The notes beneath the pieces were generated by a model, which did not search any database, was not told the DNA's origin, and saw only the letters and a program-made list of their open reading frames with translations. Both the position numbers and the translations under genes were made by a program. From the NCBI GenBank assembly GCA_016840065.1, contig JAEOTB010000037.1:32001-96000 (forward strand): 64,000 bases of DNA. The letters are read 5' to 3'. Positions within the stretch are counted from its first letter, which is position 1, and the number at the start of each line of letters is the position of its first letter. Positions 20,395 through 29,834 of this stretch are shown one piece after another. This DNA comes from Candidatus Hermodarchaeota archaeon (GTDB lineage: Archaea > Asgardarchaeota > Hermodarchaeia > Hermodarchaeales > Hermodarchaeaceae).

Positions 20395-20820
20395 TTGTTG
20401 CAGTTTGAATATTTCGATGATATCACTTCGGATCAAATGTTTCGAGCCTATGGACAGGATTTACCAGAGGTATTCAAGCACGCTGCAATGGCAATGTTTG
20501 GAATAATGTTCGATTTAGAAGAAGTACAAACCGAAGCGGAAATAGAGGTAGAGGCAACAGGAGCCTCCGAGGAGATGCTCCTTTATGATTGGCTGTCTAA
20601 CCTGCTATTCGAATTCGAGGTCAAGTACGTGTTCTTTGCAGACTTCAACGTCACAACTATCGAGCGTGATGAAGAAGGAAACTTGTACCTTGTTGGATTA
20701 GCAAGTGGAAGTCTTACGCCTCAGGAGCGGCGAACCCACGTCAAAGCGGTCACCTTCCACAGATTCTGCTTGGAAAAAATTGATAACAGGTATGTGGCTA
20801 CTGTAGTTGTGGATGTCTGA
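20395..20820 (+). CDS. Archease (RtcB cofactor)
   Basis: FEYFDDITSD..RAYG, LLYDWLSNLL, HVKAVTFH, ATVVVDV; directly upstream of rtcB. Confidence 0.92.
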   Translation: MLQFEYFDDITSDQMFRAYGQDLPEVFKHAAMAMFGIMFDLEEVQTEAEIEVEATGASEEMLLYDWLSNLLFEFEVKYVFFADFNVTTIERDEEGNLYLVGLASGSLTPQERRTHVKAVTFHRFCLEKIDNRYVATVVVDV

Positions 20821-20846
20821 ACGAACAAACACGATGGTGATAGAAG

Positions 20847-22295
20847 ATGAAGGAGAAACTGAAACAACTAGACGAGTTTCGCTACTGGCTCGACAAGACA
20901 GCCCGCCCCAAGATGAGAGTAGGCGCGATGTTATTTGCTTCACGCAAAGTTATACAACAAATAGAAGATAGCGCGGTTGAACAATTAACCAACGTCGCCT
21001 GTCTACCAGGTGTTATTGAGCCAGTTTTAGCCATGCCAGACGCACATTGGGGATATGGCTTACCAATGGGCGCAGTCGGGGCCTTTGACGCTGAGGAGGG
21101 CGTGATATCAGCTGGGATGACCGGTTTTGATATCAACTGCGGTGTCCGGTTAATTCGTACTAATCTAACTCAGGCTGAAGTTAAGCCCAAACTTCGTCAG
21201 CTCATGGAGGAATTGTTCAGGCGCGTGCCTGCTGGCGTCGGCTCTAGAGGTAAGATTCGCTTGAGCAATTCCGAGTTGGATGGTGTTTTACAGCTTGGTG
21301 CTCGATGGGCAGTCGAGAGTGGTCGCGGAGTTGACGCGGATTTAGAGCACTGTGAGGAAAGGGGCAATATGGAGGGTGCCGCAACCGGCTTGCCAGAGCT
21401 TTCAGAGCGGGTACGAACGCGTGGAAAACCTCAGCTGGGCACACTCGGTGCCGGTAATCACTACCTTGAAGCCCAAGTAGTTGATGAGGTGTTTAATGAA
21501 GAGGCAGCCTCCCGTTTTGGTTTAGAAAAGGGGAAAGTGGTTGTGATGTTACATTGTGGATCTCGCGGTTTCGGTCACCAAGTGGCAACTGATTACCTGA
21601 AGAGTATGGAGGTGGCTGCGCGGAAGTATAAAATTTGGTTGCCAGACAGACAACTCGTCTGCGCTCCAACCACATCGCCAGAGGGGCAAGCCTACTATTC
21701 CGCGATGAAGTCAGCCGTGAACTACGCCTTCTGCAACCGGCAAGTAATGACTCACTGGATTCGGGAAGGCTTTGAAACTGTCTTTGGGCGAGACTGGGAA
21801 AAACTAGGTCTTCACCTAGTTTATGATGTTTGCCATAATATATGCAAGCTAGAAACCCACGAGTTACACGGTGCAAAAAGGCAACTCTACATTCATCGAA
21901 AAGGTGCTACTCGTGCTTTTGGACCCGGCAACCCGCTTATCCCCCCTCACTACCAACCCGTTGGACAGCCAGTACTGATTGGTGGCTCTATGGGCACAGC
22001 CTCTTATGTACTAGTTGGTACAGAGCAGGCAATGAAAGAATCGTACGGTTCTACATGCCATGGTGCTGGACGCGCTATGGGTCGAAAAGCAGCCACAAGG
22101 AGATTTCATGGTAGGGAGATTCAACGTTCGCTTGAGCAATCAGGTAAAGTGATAAAATCTCATAGCGCCAAGCTACTCGCTGAAGAAGCGCCCAAGGCTT
22201 ACAAGGATGTCCACATGGTGATTGACGCAGTCCACGGAGCAGGAATTTCTCTGAAAGTCACGCGCCAGATTCCAATGGGCACTGTCAAAGGCTGA
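20847..22295 (+). CDS. rtcB: RNA-splicing ligase RtcB
   Basis: MPDAHWGYGLPMG, GFDINCGVR, LGTLGAGNHYLE, HCGSRGFGHQ, HRKGATRA, STCHGAGR, EEAPKAYKDV. Confidence 0.97.
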   Translation: MKEKLKQLDEFRYWLDKTARPKMRVGAMLFASRKVIQQIEDSAVEQLTNVACLPGVIEPVLAMPDAHWGYGLPMGAVGAFDAEEGVISAGMTGFDINCGVRLIRTNLTQAEVKPKLRQLMEELFRRVPAGVGSRGKIRLSNSELDGVLQLGARWAVESGRGVDADLEHCEERGNMEGAATGLPELSERVRTRGKPQLGTLGAGNHYLEAQVVDEVFNEEAASRFGLEKGKVVVMLHCGSRGFGHQVATDYLKSMEVAARKYKIWLPDRQLVCAPTTSPEGQAYYSAMKSAVNYAFCNRQVMTHWIREGFETVFGRDWEKLGLHLVYDVCHNICKLETHELHGAKRQLYIHRKGATRAFGPGNPLIPPHYQPVGQPVLIGGSMGTASYVLVGTEQAMKESYGSTCHGAGRAMGRKAATRRFHGREIQRSLEQSGKVIKSHSAKLLAEEAPKAYKDVHMVIDAVHGAGISLKVTRQIPMGTVKG

Positions 22296-22305
22296 CCTTA
22301 GAGAA

Positions 22306-23193
22306 ATGTCATCTAGAACATCAATTCGAACACTACCAAAGAACCTCTCCATAGCTATTCCAGCCTCCTTCATTGATGTTTATTCGAACCTATCTCAAAA
22401 AACTGATCAGATTGGTCGAATTGCCCGGGCAGCCGCTATCAATCGAGTTAGTGAAATTCTTGTTTTCCCAGATGTATCCAGCAAGAATCAAGCGCCCCAA
22501 CGACGGCTTATAACACGAATTCTTGAGTATCTAGATACCCCCCAATATCTTCGGAAACACCTATTCGGTAAACACCCCGATCTAAGGCGGGTTGGACTAC
22601 TTCCTCCTCTTCGTACTCCGCACCATCCAACGGAGAAACGGGCAAGGAAATTATCAGAAGGCGAAATTCGTGAAGGATATGTTTTCCGAAAAGATGGCAA
22701 ACTAGTAGTTGATGTCGGTGTTGAGAAACCCCTTCCCTTTCTAAGGCCAGTATCTTCACGCATACCCTGCAGAGCTACTGTCTCAATCACGAGAAATCCC
22801 TATGGCATGCTTACAGCTCAGCCTGCTACACCACCAACTCCCGAAGTATATTGGGGTTACAAAGTACTAGATATAAAACAACCGTTAAGTGACTTTCTCA
22901 AAACAAATCGTGTTTATGACCTTATAGTAGCTACATCTCGCAGGGCAGCACAAATTAATGAAATATGGAAAGAATTACATTCACGTTGGCAGAAAGCAAA
23001 GCATGTTCTCGTTCTCTTTGGGAGTCACAACAAAGGATTAGGAGAAATCCTACAGCAAGAAGGGCACCAATTGGACACTCTCACAGATTTCCAAGTAAAT
23101 ACAGTACCCAATCAAGGTGTCGAAACCATTCGAACAGCCGAAGCAGTCTTTCTAAGCCTTTCTGTATTCAGATTATTAGAGCAGCGCTATTAG
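22306..23193 (+). CDS. SPOUT-class RNA methyltransferase (COG2106/DUF171 type)
   Basis: LSIAIP, IGRIARAAAI, TPQYLRK..LPPLRTPHH, YWGY, NTVPNQGVETIRTAEA. Confidence 0.88.
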   Translation: MSSRTSIRTLPKNLSIAIPASFIDVYSNLSQKTDQIGRIARAAAINRVSEILVFPDVSSKNQAPQRRLITRILEYLDTPQYLRKHLFGKHPDLRRVGLLPPLRTPHHPTEKRARKLSEGEIREGYVFRKDGKLVVDVGVEKPLPFLRPVSSRIPCRATVSITRNPYGMLTAQPATPPTPEVYWGYKVLDIKQPLSDFLKTNRVYDLIVATSRRAAQINEIWKELHSRWQKAKHVLVLFGSHNKGLGEILQQEGHQLDTLTDFQVNTVPNQGVETIRTAEAVFLSLSVFRLLEQRY

Positions 23194-23681
23194 TCCATAA
23201 CTTCGCCCTGAGCGATTAGTAATTCATAATCGCTAGTTCCATCGAAATACCCTAATTTTCGAGCCCGTACTGCTACTTTGTGATACCCAGGTCTTAAATG
23301 TGGAATATCTAGAGTTAACTCGTAAGGGCTAACTTCTATCTTCTCCACAGTAACTGTTTGAGAACCAAAAAAAACTTCGAGAAGAACACCTTTCAAAGGC
23401 GCGTTTTTTGGCAGACCAGTAACCACCGTAAGGGTTAGTTTCTCACCAGGTTCTGCGACAGCCGGTTCTGGACCAATTAAGCGCACATCAATATGGTTCT
23501 GCCAATAAATATAGCTTGTAGGGAGGAGGAACACAAGTAAAAGAAGAACAAGTACAACTAGACTGAAGAAAGCCTGTAACATAGTGAAGAAAGATAAGAA
23601 GACGAAAACTAGTATAGCATAGATTGTAAGACTACAGCACAATACAAGCCCAAGTCTAGCCTGCGGGTTACTAGAACTCAC
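23190..23681 (-). CDS. Hypothetical membrane protein (2 TM plus Ig-like domain)
   Basis: Hydrophobic N-terminal half and beta-rich C-terminal half. Confidence 0.6.
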   Translation of the reverse strand: MSSSNPQARLGLVLCCSLTIYAILVFVFLSFFTMLQAFFSLVVLVLLLLVFLLPTSYIYWQNHIDVRLIGPEPAVAEPGEKLTLTVVTGLPKNAPLKGVLLEVFFGSQTVTVEKIEVSPYELTLDIPHLRPGYHKVAVRARKLGYFDGTSDYELLIAQGEVMD

Positions 23682-23753
23682 AATTCTAGAAACGCTACAA
23701 GGAGTAAATAATTTTTCTATTTACTGCGATAACTTGGTTCGTTAGCTTCAAAG

Positions 23754-25112
23754 CTATAGTTTCGATTGAATGTGCTCAGCGACCCATAACCCTGTCACAG
23801 CAGCAGGGATAATTCCACGACTGAGACCCGCACCGTCTCCAGCGACATATATCCCTTCAATCGGGGTCTCGAAGTGGCGGTTAGTTTCAACCGTCATTGC
23901 ACTATACTTCACTTCTGGAGCATACAGAAGAGTAGTTCCAGAGTAGATACCTGGAATCATCTTATTCAACGTCTGAAGACCCTCAAGGATGTTGTCAATG
24001 AGCCTTTTGGGAAGTGCCATGGAGATATCTCCAGGAGTGACGTCTTTTAGAGTGGGTTGGATATTAGCACTAGCAATTCGCTCGTGAGTTGAGCGCCGAT
24101 GATTCTCAAGATCGGCCAGGCGCTGAATGATTGGTTTGCCACCACCCAAGAGAGTAACCTGTTGAGCTATGGATTCCGCGTAACGAGTTGTATCTTCGAC
24201 AGGCTCAGTAAGTTGAACACGTACCAAGAAGGCGAAATTAGTATTACCTGACTGGATGTTTGAGAAGGAATGCCCATTCACACACGCATGAGTTTCGTAC
24301 TGCTCGCGAACAACAAAGCCATTATGATTTACACAAAATGTACGAACTAAATCGTCATAATCTTGAGTATGAATAAGTATCTTCGGATCCCTCTGGATAG
24401 AACAGAGACTCTCCATCAGCGTTGCAGGTACTTCAACACGAACACCTAAATCGACTGGAGCATGGCGCGTTTGGATATTTAATTTCCCCATAACATTTGC
24501 CAGCCACTTCATCCCTGAGCGCCCCGGAGCAAGGAGGCATTTATCGAACTCGAAGCGTCCTTTGTGTGTTGTGAGATAACCTGGCTTGATGGTTTCCACC
24601 TTTATCCCGGATTGCATTTTCACCTTTTGTTTCCTTAAGTATTCCATGAGTGCAAGAATTATCGGGGTTGCGTTGTCTGTTCCGATTAAGCGCTGTTTTG
24701 CGGTAACAAATTTGAGTCCAGCTTCCGCAGCTCTTCGCTCCCAGACTCTGAACCGCTCGTCGGGAGTAAAGGATTCTTTTGGCGCACCGAATTTCAAGAA
24801 TATTTGATCAGCCTCTTCTATTAGTTGACGTGTTCGATCATGTTCTATGGCATCGAGCGTGACCTTAGGAAAACCGATTTCAGTAGAGAGATTTAGAAGC
24901 CCAGAAGATAGGAGTCCAGCGCCGCCAAAGCCACTAGTTAGATTACAGGGGTTGCACTTTGTGCAGAATGCTGTTTGCTGAGACGGACATGTGCGCTTGT
25001 CGGGCATTCTGCCAACATCTAGGATTGTAACTTCAGCGCTGCTGGCTAGCTTGTAAGCAGCGAAAAGTCCAGCTGGTCCGCCTCCAACTATTACCACACG
25101 CTTCTTCGGCAA
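23754..25112 (-). CDS. FAD-dependent oxidoreductase (COG2509-like)
   Basis: VIVGGGPAG, CxxCxPC, GFGGAG, VRTFCVN, LYAPEVKY, YVAGDGAGLSRGI. Confidence 0.85.
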   Translation of the reverse strand: MPKKRVVIVGGGPAGLFAAYKLASSAEVTILDVGRMPDKRTCPSQQTAFCTKCNPCNLTSGFGGAGLLSSGLLNLSTEIGFPKVTLDAIEHDRTRQLIEEADQIFLKFGAPKESFTPDERFRVWERRAAEAGLKFVTAKQRLIGTDNATPIILALMEYLRKQKVKMQSGIKVETIKPGYLTTHKGRFEFDKCLLAPGRSGMKWLANVMGKLNIQTRHAPVDLGVRVEVPATLMESLCSIQRDPKILIHTQDYDDLVRTFCVNHNGFVVREQYETHACVNGHSFSNIQSGNTNFAFLVRVQLTEPVEDTTRYAESIAQQVTLLGGGKPIIQRLADLENHRRSTHERIASANIQPTLKDVTPGDISMALPKRLIDNILEGLQTLNKMIPGIYSGTTLLYAPEVKYSAMTVETNRHFETPIEGIYVAGDGAGLSRGIIPAAVTGLWVAEHIQSKL

Positions 25113-26350
25113 ATAGTATCAACTCGTTTAGGACCCGTTGAGATATAATCGATTTGGAGCCCCGTTTCTTCTTCAATTTTGGCAATATATGCTTTCGCCT
25201 CTGAACAAAGCTTTCCACCATCAAGAAGTGTTTCCCAACCCTCAAACTCGACGTAGATTGGTTCACAGGAGCCCATGTCATAGATCGGCAGACTTGTGAT
25301 ATTCTCACCTCGCCAACGATAACCCACACAAATCCTCAAGCGCTCTAAACCATTCAGAACATCTAATTTGGTAAGTGCTAGAGATGTTAAACCATTTATC
25401 ATGCTTGCGTAACGAATCATGTTGAGGTCTAGCCATCCACACCTACGCGGCCGCCCTGTTACTGTTCCAAATTCTTTTCCTATCTCTTGTAAATGAATGC
25501 CTATATCATCGTCAAGTTCAGTTGGAAAAGGACCCTTCCCGACTCGGGTTGTGTAGGCCTTACATATGCCTAATACTTGATCTATTTTTGTGGGACCAAC
25601 TCCTACACCAACACAAGCCCCTCCAGCAATAGGGTTAGAAGATGTAACAAAGGGGTATGTTCCATGATCAATATCTAAGAATGTAGCTTGAGCTCCTTCG
25701 AATAAGACATTCCGTTTTGCTTCTATAGCGTCATTGATAGTCTGGCTAACATTGCCCACATATCTCTGAAGCCCGGTACTCCAACGAGAACATTGCTGGA
25801 GTATCTCTTTTACGTCCAGCCTATGATCTACCTCTAGGACATATTGAAGGATTTTATTGGCTAGCCTGACATTCCAGCGCACTCTCTCTTCGTAAGTATT
25901 GTTAACAAGATCGTGTACACGAATCCCACGTCGCGATATTTTGTCGGTGTAGGTTGGACCGATGCCGCGTTTCGTTGTGCCAATCTTTCCTCTCCCTCGG
26001 GCTTTATCCCAACTACCATCAAGGATTGGGTGATATGGTAGAGTAACATGAGCTTTCCCACTCACAATAAGGTCCACATCAACCCCGCTTGTTGTGAGAG
26101 TGTTGATTTCCTTTATCAGAATCTCGGGATCTACTACGACTCCAGAACCAATGAGTACCTTATTTCCATAGAAAACACCGGACGGCACAAGCCTGAGTTT
26201 GAACACCTTTTCGCCCAATACAATTGTATGTCCAGCGTTCGTGCCTCCCTGATAACGAACTACAAAATCTGCTTGTTTTGAGCAGTAGTCTACAATCTTA
26301 CCCTTTCCCTCATCACCCCATTGAGTACCTACGATTATCACAGCCGGCAT
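25091..26350 (-). CDS. purA: Adenylosuccinate synthetase
   Basis: QWGDEGKGK, GGTNAGHT, IGTTKRGIGPTY, EGAQ, EFGTVTGRPRRCGWLD, TKLDVL. Confidence 0.97.
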   Translation of the reverse strand: MPAVIIVGTQWGDEGKGKIVDYCSKQADFVVRYQGGTNAGHTIVLGEKVFKLRLVPSGVFYGNKVLIGSGVVVDPEILIKEINTLTTSGVDVDLIVSGKAHVTLPYHPILDGSWDKARGRGKIGTTKRGIGPTYTDKISRRGIRVHDLVNNTYEERVRWNVRLANKILQYVLEVDHRLDVKEILQQCSRWSTGLQRYVGNVSQTINDAIEAKRNVLFEGAQATFLDIDHGTYPFVTSSNPIAGGACVGVGVGPTKIDQVLGICKAYTTRVGKGPFPTELDDDIGIHLQEIGKEFGTVTGRPRRCGWLDLNMIRYASMINGLTSLALTKLDVLNGLERLRICVGYRWRGENITSLPIYDMGSCEPIYVEFEGWETLLDGGKLCSEAKAYIAKIEEETGLQIDYISTGPKRVDTICRRSVW

Positions 26351-26415
26351 AAACAATCAATCCTCCTATTATAAGATACCAGAGGAAACATACAGTAAGC
26401 CTTGATCACTATTTC

Positions 26416-27780
26416 TCAAGTAGACCTGAATACTTTTAGTTTCTGCTTCCAATATCGGCATACCGCTTCAGTTGCTAATACAGCTCGACCAATATATTTT
26501 GAAGAGTCCTCAAAGAGTTGTTGTTGTTCACTTGGAAGGCTTCTGAAACACCTTCTAAATGTTTCGTTTGAAAGCAGCGCTTCCCTAAACAATATTCCAC
26601 GCTGATGGGCCTGCTGAGCTATTCGCTTTATTACTTCATGAGCATTAGCAACGCCGCTTCTTGCCAAGAGGATGTACGCTGGTTCAGCGAGTTCGAAGGT
26701 TGCGTTCGATTGTAAGTTTTTGCGCATACGCTGTGAATCTACCTCTAATCTCTTTAACAGAGAAGAACAACGTCGAGTAGAATAGAGAAAGGAGTTTAGA
26801 ATCTCTGCTAGGAGGTAACGATTGGCTGCAGAATCTGTTAGGTCTCTCTGATGTTCTGAGATTAGGTTAAGGTAGGCTGTGATGAGTCGAGGAAGTGTAG
26901 CCTTGTAGTGGGAAACGATGTTTTCCCAACCAATAGGATTACGTTTCTGAGGCATTGTTGAACTGCCGACTTGACGTTCAGTTGTTCCCTCAGAAATCTC
27001 GGCAATCTCAGTACGTTGTAATTGACGAAAGTCATTGGCGAGATCGGCTAAAGTACCAAAGCTGAGAAGGAGCTGACTGTAGTAATTCGCTAGCTCTTCT
27101 TGATTAGTTATCTGAGTTGGCGCATTGATTTGTGTCAGATTCAACAACTTGAGTGTTTCTGTCTCAATTTTTGCCGCATTGGCTAATAATCCAAGGCTAG
27201 CTCGAGTTCCGACTGCTCCTCCTATTTTGCCTCCAAAAGTTTCTGCAGCCAGCTTAATACGCCAAATTCCCATTCCCAATCGCTCTATATAATTAGCCAT
27301 AGAATACCCGAATGTGGTTGGCTCTGCGTGCTGTCCATGGGTTCGCCCTATTTGCACCGTTGACTTGTGTTGCAACGCTATTTGGATAAGCTGATTCATC
27401 GTTTCAACCAGCGCAGGCAATATCAGTTTTGCAGTGACATCCTTCAGAACCATTGCATGAGCATTAACCACTGTATCATAAGACGTTAGCCCGAGGTGAC
27501 AGAAAGGCTTGGCTTCTGGAGAAACCTGTTCTTTTAGTGCTTCGACTATTGCCTTGATATCGTGTTTTAATTTAGCTTCCAATTGTTGTACTCTCTGAAA
27601 CGTTACTTTCGATGCTGCTTTCTCATATTCTTTAGCGATTTTAGAAGAGCAAACACCCTGCTTTGCTAGTGCGTTGATGTAGGCGCACTCTACGTGGAGC
27701 ATATACCTCAGTAATGCAGCAGGAGAGAGATATTCCTCTAATTCGTCTACGTTGTATCTATAGTCTGTTGGGTGGATCAC
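26416..27780 (-). CDS. purB: Adenylosuccinate lyase
   Basis: HLGLTSYD, GRTHGQHAEPTTFG, GSSTMPQKRNP. Confidence 0.96.
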   Translation of the reverse strand: MIHPTDYRYNVDELEEYLSPAALLRYMLHVECAYINALAKQGVCSSKIAKEYEKAASKVTFQRVQQLEAKLKHDIKAIVEALKEQVSPEAKPFCHLGLTSYDTVVNAHAMVLKDVTAKLILPALVETMNQLIQIALQHKSTVQIGRTHGQHAEPTTFGYSMANYIERLGMGIWRIKLAAETFGGKIGGAVGTRASLGLLANAAKIETETLKLLNLTQINAPTQITNQEELANYYSQLLLSFGTLADLANDFRQLQRTEIAEISEGTTERQVGSSTMPQKRNPIGWENIVSHYKATLPRLITAYLNLISEHQRDLTDSAANRYLLAEILNSFLYSTRRCSSLLKRLEVDSQRMRKNLQSNATFELAEPAYILLARSGVANAHEVIKRIAQQAHQRGILFREALLSNETFRRCFRSLPSEQQQLFEDSSKYIGRAVLATEAVCRYWKQKLKVFRST

Positions 27781-27813
27781 CTTTTTGACCTCCTATGATT
27801 TGCGATTCTTTTC

Positions 27814-28521
27814 TTAGCGTAATTCGAAGAGTGATTTTACTGGACATTTTAGAGCTTTCTCCACATTTACACGACCCTGCTTGTGTGAAAGAATCGAGAA
27901 TACTCCAACGACTCTTGCATTACCACGAGAAACAATCTCTGCCAAACACAATTGAGTCCTTCCAGAACGAATGATATCATCTACCAGCAGCACTTTGTCA
28001 CTAGGCTTGATGCTGTACCTAGGCAAGTATAGACTTTCGATATGTGCTGAATCGCGGATTAATTTTTCCTCAATAAACGCTGTCACACCGATGGATTTTG
28101 TCTTTTTTGCAAACAACGCAGCAGCTCCAAACTCGTTTGCGATTTGTGTGGCAATTGGGACTCCATTTACTTCTATCGTTAGGACTTTGGTGGCATCAAT
28201 ATCAACGAAATCGTCCCGCACTACTGCAGCAATCAACTTGAGCAGTTGTGTGTCATAGAGAATGTCTACCATTTTAGCAAAACCATCATGGATTGATATT
28301 CGGCGATTAACTTCTTCGATTAGAAATCGTTCTTTGAAGAGCTGGATAATAGACTCGGCACGTTCCAGTGAAGGAAGTACACGGCGTGTGATATATCGGC
28401 ATAGAACAGATGTAGGAAGACCGAAGATTGTTTCTAGTTCAGCATACTTTCTACTCCGCTTCAGGGTGGAGAGAATTTCTATTGCACTCAATCGCTTTGC
28501 TATTTCATCCACGTGTCTCAA
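27814..28521 (-). CDS. HTH plus type I phosphoribosyltransferase-fold protein (PurR-like architecture)
   Basis: N-terminal HTH-like YAELETIFGLPTSVLCRY..VLPS; PRPP loop VLLVDDIIRSGRT; inside the purine operon. Confidence 0.75.
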   Translation of the reverse strand: MRHVDEIAKRLSAIEILSTLKRSRKYAELETIFGLPTSVLCRYITRRVLPSLERAESIIQLFKERFLIEEVNRRISIHDGFAKMVDILYDTQLLKLIAAVVRDDFVDIDATKVLTIEVNGVPIATQIANEFGAAALFAKKTKSIGVTAFIEEKLIRDSAHIESLYLPRYSIKPSDKVLLVDDIIRSGRTQLCLAEIVSRGNARVVGVFSILSHKQGRVNVEKALKCPVKSLFELR

Positions 28522-29810
28522 GCTTGGAGTATCCTCCGCATGTGTTGAATCCGCCTAGAAACAAGTTCTTGAGTGCCTATGTCTCGTCGATAGAATAATT
28601 TGCCTTGAATTTTATCAAGCGACTCGACCACTTGCTCGTGCGCCTGTTGAAGGTTGTTTCCTATACCAAGAAGGGCGATGCTTCGAGAAGAGGTGGTTAG
28701 AATCCGTCCGTTCTCTTGGTGAACGCTTCCATAGTATAATTCCGTCTTGACATCTCCGATAATTATTGGCTCTCCGCGTTTTGGCGCTGATGGATAACCT
28801 TCAGGAACTAGATACGAACATACTGTTGCCTTCTCTTCGAAACTAGCGCGTTTTAGTGTGCCATTGATTATACCCCAGCAGATTTCTACAAAATTATCCT
28901 GAAGCAGAGGGAGGACATTCATTGCCTCCGGATCTCCAAGTCGAACGTTGTATTCGATTATTTTTGGTCCTTGCTTAGTGAGCATGAATTGACCATAAAG
29001 GAAGCCTTTGTAGGGTTCTCCTGTTTCGCGTTTGATTGCTGCAACAGTCTGCTGCATTACTTGTATAGCAACCTCCACATCCCCTTCGCCAACGAAGGGG
29101 AGAGAGTGGTCTTCGCAGCTATAAGAGCCCATGCCTCCAGTATTGGGTCCAGTATCTCCGTCGTACGCACGTTTGTGATCCTGTACGAGCGGCATTGGTA
29201 TTACTTGTTTACCATCAACGAATGCCTGTAGCGTAAATTCTTCACCCTCGAGGCATTCTTCGATTATGACCTGTTCATGTTCTTTGAGAATCTGTTGACA
29301 ATATTGGAGCGCGTCATCCTCGGTTTGGAGATGTTCGCCAAACACTTTCACGCCTTTGCCCCCAGTTAGGCCGTCTGGTTTTACAACGAATCCCCCAATC
29401 TCTTTTAGATACGCTTCGATACCTTCTATGCTGCTAAATATCTTAAACCGAGGGTTCGCAGATATCCGATGTTTTTCTAGAAGTTCACGAGCAAAGCTTT
29501 TACTTGATTCCAATTGCGCTCCTTGAGTTTTTGGTCCGACACAGGGTACACCCTGGTCCGCAAGAACGTTGCTTATCCCCTTGGCTAAAGGTGCTTCTGG
29601 TCCTACGACCGCAAAATCCACTTTAGATGATAGTTCTTTGAGATGCTCAAAGTCTGTTAATTTTGAAAGCAACGTTTTCTTTGAAAGCTTTACAATGCCT
29701 GGGTTTTTGTGTGCCATCAAACTATAGAGTTCAGCGCCACCTTTCACTAGAGCTTTGGCGATGGCATGTTCACGTGAACCATGTCCTATTAGTAAGACCT
29801 TGTCAGTCAT
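28518..29810 (-). CDS. purD: Phosphoribosylamine--glycine ligase
   Basis: GHGSREHA, VGPEAPL, VVKPDGLTGGKGV, QDHKRAYDGDTGPNTGGMG, EYNVRLGDPE. Confidence 0.97.
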   Translation of the reverse strand: MTDKVLLIGHGSREHAIAKALVKGGAELYSLMAHKNPGIVKLSKKTLLSKLTDFEHLKELSSKVDFAVVGPEAPLAKGISNVLADQGVPCVGPKTQGAQLESSKSFARELLEKHRISANPRFKIFSSIEGIEAYLKEIGGFVVKPDGLTGGKGVKVFGEHLQTEDDALQYCQQILKEHEQVIIEECLEGEEFTLQAFVDGKQVIPMPLVQDHKRAYDGDTGPNTGGMGSYSCEDHSLPFVGEGDVEVAIQVMQQTVAAIKRETGEPYKGFLYGQFMLTKQGPKIIEYNVRLGDPEAMNVLPLLQDNFVEICWGIINGTLKRASFEEKATVCSYLVPEGYPSAPKRGEPIIIGDVKTELYYGSVHQENGRILTTSSRSIALLGIGNNLQQAHEQVVESLDKIQGKLFYRRDIGTQELVSRRIQHMRRILQA

Positions 29811-29834
29811 ATTTCTACATCTCCAATTTTTTCT

